In this document: in pieces, positions 61,269-64,000 of the stretch
How the letters are laid out: every line of letters starts with the position of its first letter
Numbering within the stretch: position 1 is the first letter of the stretch
Assembly: GCA_002269645.1 (NCBI GenBank)
Contig: NIVC01000319.1
Location: 186,001 to 250,000 of the forward strand
Source of the DNA: Macrostomum lignano
Taxonomy: Eukaryota
Direction: 5' to 3'
DNA: 64,000 bases
Translations under genes and position numbers: made by a program
Notes under the pieces: model-generated
What the model was told of the DNA's origin: nothing
The model's database searches: none
The model's input: only the letters and a program-made list of their open reading frames with translations

Positions 61269-64000
61269 TCACTGCTCAGGTGAGAATAAGCTGATGCGGC
61301 TGTTGGGAGTCTGGACTCTCAGGTAGATATTGTCAATGGCATGGCAGACCTCTCCTGCAAGCAAGTTTTGCAGCTTATATTTGGCAATCATTACCCGATG
61401 CTTATAATAGTAGTTTAAGTCTGCCAGACCTTGATATTTAGAAGACAATTTTGGCTATAAATTGCCAACCAGGTTTGATAGCAAACAGCAGTTCCACTAA
61501 GCTATGAAAATTGCCTGACCGAAAAAAGAACATCCGGCATACATATCCCCTGACTCATGTAAAAACATTATTAACTAGTAGCTTTCAATATCCATTTACT
61601 CATTATTTAAGTGCTGGCCTATTAAGACAATATAAAAGTTCTTTGATTGATTTTGACACTCAAAAAGCATGTTTGCAAATATTAACAAACTAAATACATT
61701 TTATGTTTTTTTCAAACATTAAGGCTTAGCTTAAACTGTGATTAGTGACAAGTTTGCATAATATAGGCTAGTCTAAAAAACATTTAGATGATCAGTCATT
61801 ATGATCCCTTTAAAGTCCTAATTATGTGTCCTATTTGCAAGACTTTTGTTCAATATATTGTATTAAAAATATCAGATCATATTTATAGACCAATAGCCTA
61901 GAGAAAAATTAGTAAATGTTTTTTTTTGTTACTCATGGTTCTTGAACAAGAAAAATTCTAAAAAATCTTGTGTGATGAAGTGGCATGCTATTAAATCTTG
62001 CTGCCAAATTAAGTGTCTAGACATATTATACATGCTATTAAATCTTGCTGCCAAATTAAGTGTCTAGACATATTATACATATGTCATATGATTGTCTAAG
62101 ATCCATATCTGTCTAGAATCATATACAAAAGGATAGGATTACATTAGAAATTTTTATCATAAATTTGGGCCATAAAATAAAAGTTGGCATAATATTTTTA
62201 TAGGTATATCATAATCTATAAGAATCTACTAGTACATCACTGATCAGAATAATCAATATTTTTTGTTCAAAGTTTATTTTTCATGCTTTCTATTATGGCC
62301 TAAGATCTAAGTTCAAACTGTACAAGATGTATATAATTGTCTAAGATATTTTGCAGGCAAAAGCAATGTTAAAGTATGGTCTTAATATTAAGGTTTGGGC
62401 TTAGTCTTAAATAATGATTAAAAATATCACAGAAACAATGCAAGATAGATATATCAAATCTTATACCAATGCTAAACTTCTTATCCTAAGTTAGGTTTTC
62501 TTAAGCTAAGTTTAGACCTTAGGCTCAAGGTAATGAAAAAATCGTTTTAATTTTATAGTCAATACATAAAACAAATACTAGGCCTATCTAAATTAAGTAG
62601 TAACCAACTTCCAGTAGTCTTATCATCAATTTTAGCTTATAACTAAACTTAATTTTAACAAATCAATATATTTAAATAAAATATCTTTTAATAGTAATTA
62701 AAAATAGGTTAGTCTTGCTTTTTATATATAGTGACCAGGCATAAAAATAGATTTACTATTCATGTAATCATATAAGATCAATTAATTCAACTTTGATAAC
62801 ATTGTTTTATGTTCATTATAAAACGAATGATTTAACTATTTTTATAGTCATCATGATAATAACAAGTTATATAGTTATTTCGGGGTGATAATTTTGTGTC
62901 AGTTATTTTAGTGACATCTAATTTTGGTTAGGCTCTAACAGGTTACTTTGGAACTATATATATATATAGAATATATCAATTTCCATTATTTATGAGTTTT
63001 TTGTTTTTCAAAGATGATTAAAATATATACAAATTTCTACACTATGTATGATATAGTACAAATCATAGCAAGCCTTGCTAGCAAAATACAAAAAGTTAAA
63101 GAAACTAGAAAATGTTTTGCATCAAGGGTAAATTTGCTTATATATTAACTTCTAAATTGCAGATTAAATACTAATATCATTTTGGCTTTTATTTATTTTT
63201 AAAAGCCTTTTTGATCCAATGTTAATTACATATATATAATATAGCCCTGGCTGGCATTCTTGAATGATTCACTAAACTGATTTTTTAATCAGCTTGATTG
63301 TGTTGATAGGCCTAAACTTAATGGTTAATGGTCTTAGCAAGAACTAATTAGTGTAAGAACATAAGTCTGAGTGCTCAGACTTCCCTTGCCTCTAACTGAA
63401 ATATTTTAAAATATGTTATTGTTCTTCTAGTCTCTCACTTTTATGGCTCTATGTCTATTTCAAATATCAATGTGAGAGCCAAATAACTGAGGCAGCAGAT
63501 TCAATTGACTTTTCCTGATGAAGCAAACACTTGATGGTAACTTACAGACCATTGTATTTGATGGTCACAATCTTGAGATGTTATCTTACAAAATATAATG
63601 TCTAAGATGCAATTCCAAATAAGAAGCTTGTTTTGTTCAAATTCCAAGGTATTTCTAAGTTTTTGGGTGAACCGAGGGTTCAGTCTATTGTGGAACGTGA
63701 GTTGGTTGTTGTTTTGGTTTTAGTGAGTCTATTTATCAGTTTTAGTATTTAGGTTAAGACCCTAACTGTGTCAATCAAAAGTAATCAGAGTAGGCATGTT
63801 AGAATAGCAAGAAGGAAAAAGAGAGGATGAAAGGGAGGCAAGGTGAGGCGAGACAAGCTCTTTGCTTGTTTAACATGGGTTTTTATAGTACTTTTCAGTC
63901 TTAATCGCATTGAATGGTACATAACTGCTTTTCATTAGTTGAGGTTGAGGTTGTGTCCTCAGCATTTGCTAGTTGGAGCGCATTCATTGGTTAAAACACA

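Overview
Eukaryotic (metazoan) genomic DNA with GC-rich exons, spliceosomal introns and very dense minisatellites. The style resembles a free-living flatworm such as Macrostomum; this is an inference, not verified. Positions 1-15 kb are a nest of decayed retroelements (Ty3/Gypsy, Penelope-like with a minimal hammerhead ribozyme, BEL/Pao, tRNA-derived SINE heads, RTE-like LINE). The same stretch holds an apparently intact two-exon gene for a secreted PAN/Apple-like + LamG-like protein, a pseudogene paralogue and a duplicated fragment. Positions 16.0-35.8 kb (+) are a hand-assembled 27-exon, ~1937-aa TRPM channel with a C-terminal NUDT9H domain and N-terminal ankyrin repeats spliced in frame. 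Positions 43.7-50.3 kb (+) are Tbx20, with two 1-nt frameshifts in C runs. Positions 56.0-61.3 kb (-) are the Polycomb gene Scm (2xMBT-SLED-SAM). About 40 different tandem arrays cover roughly 30% of the window (hand estimate). Almost every intron over 200 nt has its own array, several arrays are built from splice-site sequence, and one inverted pair of arrays brackets the pore/TRP exons of the channel. All models were built by eye without alignments or RNA data.
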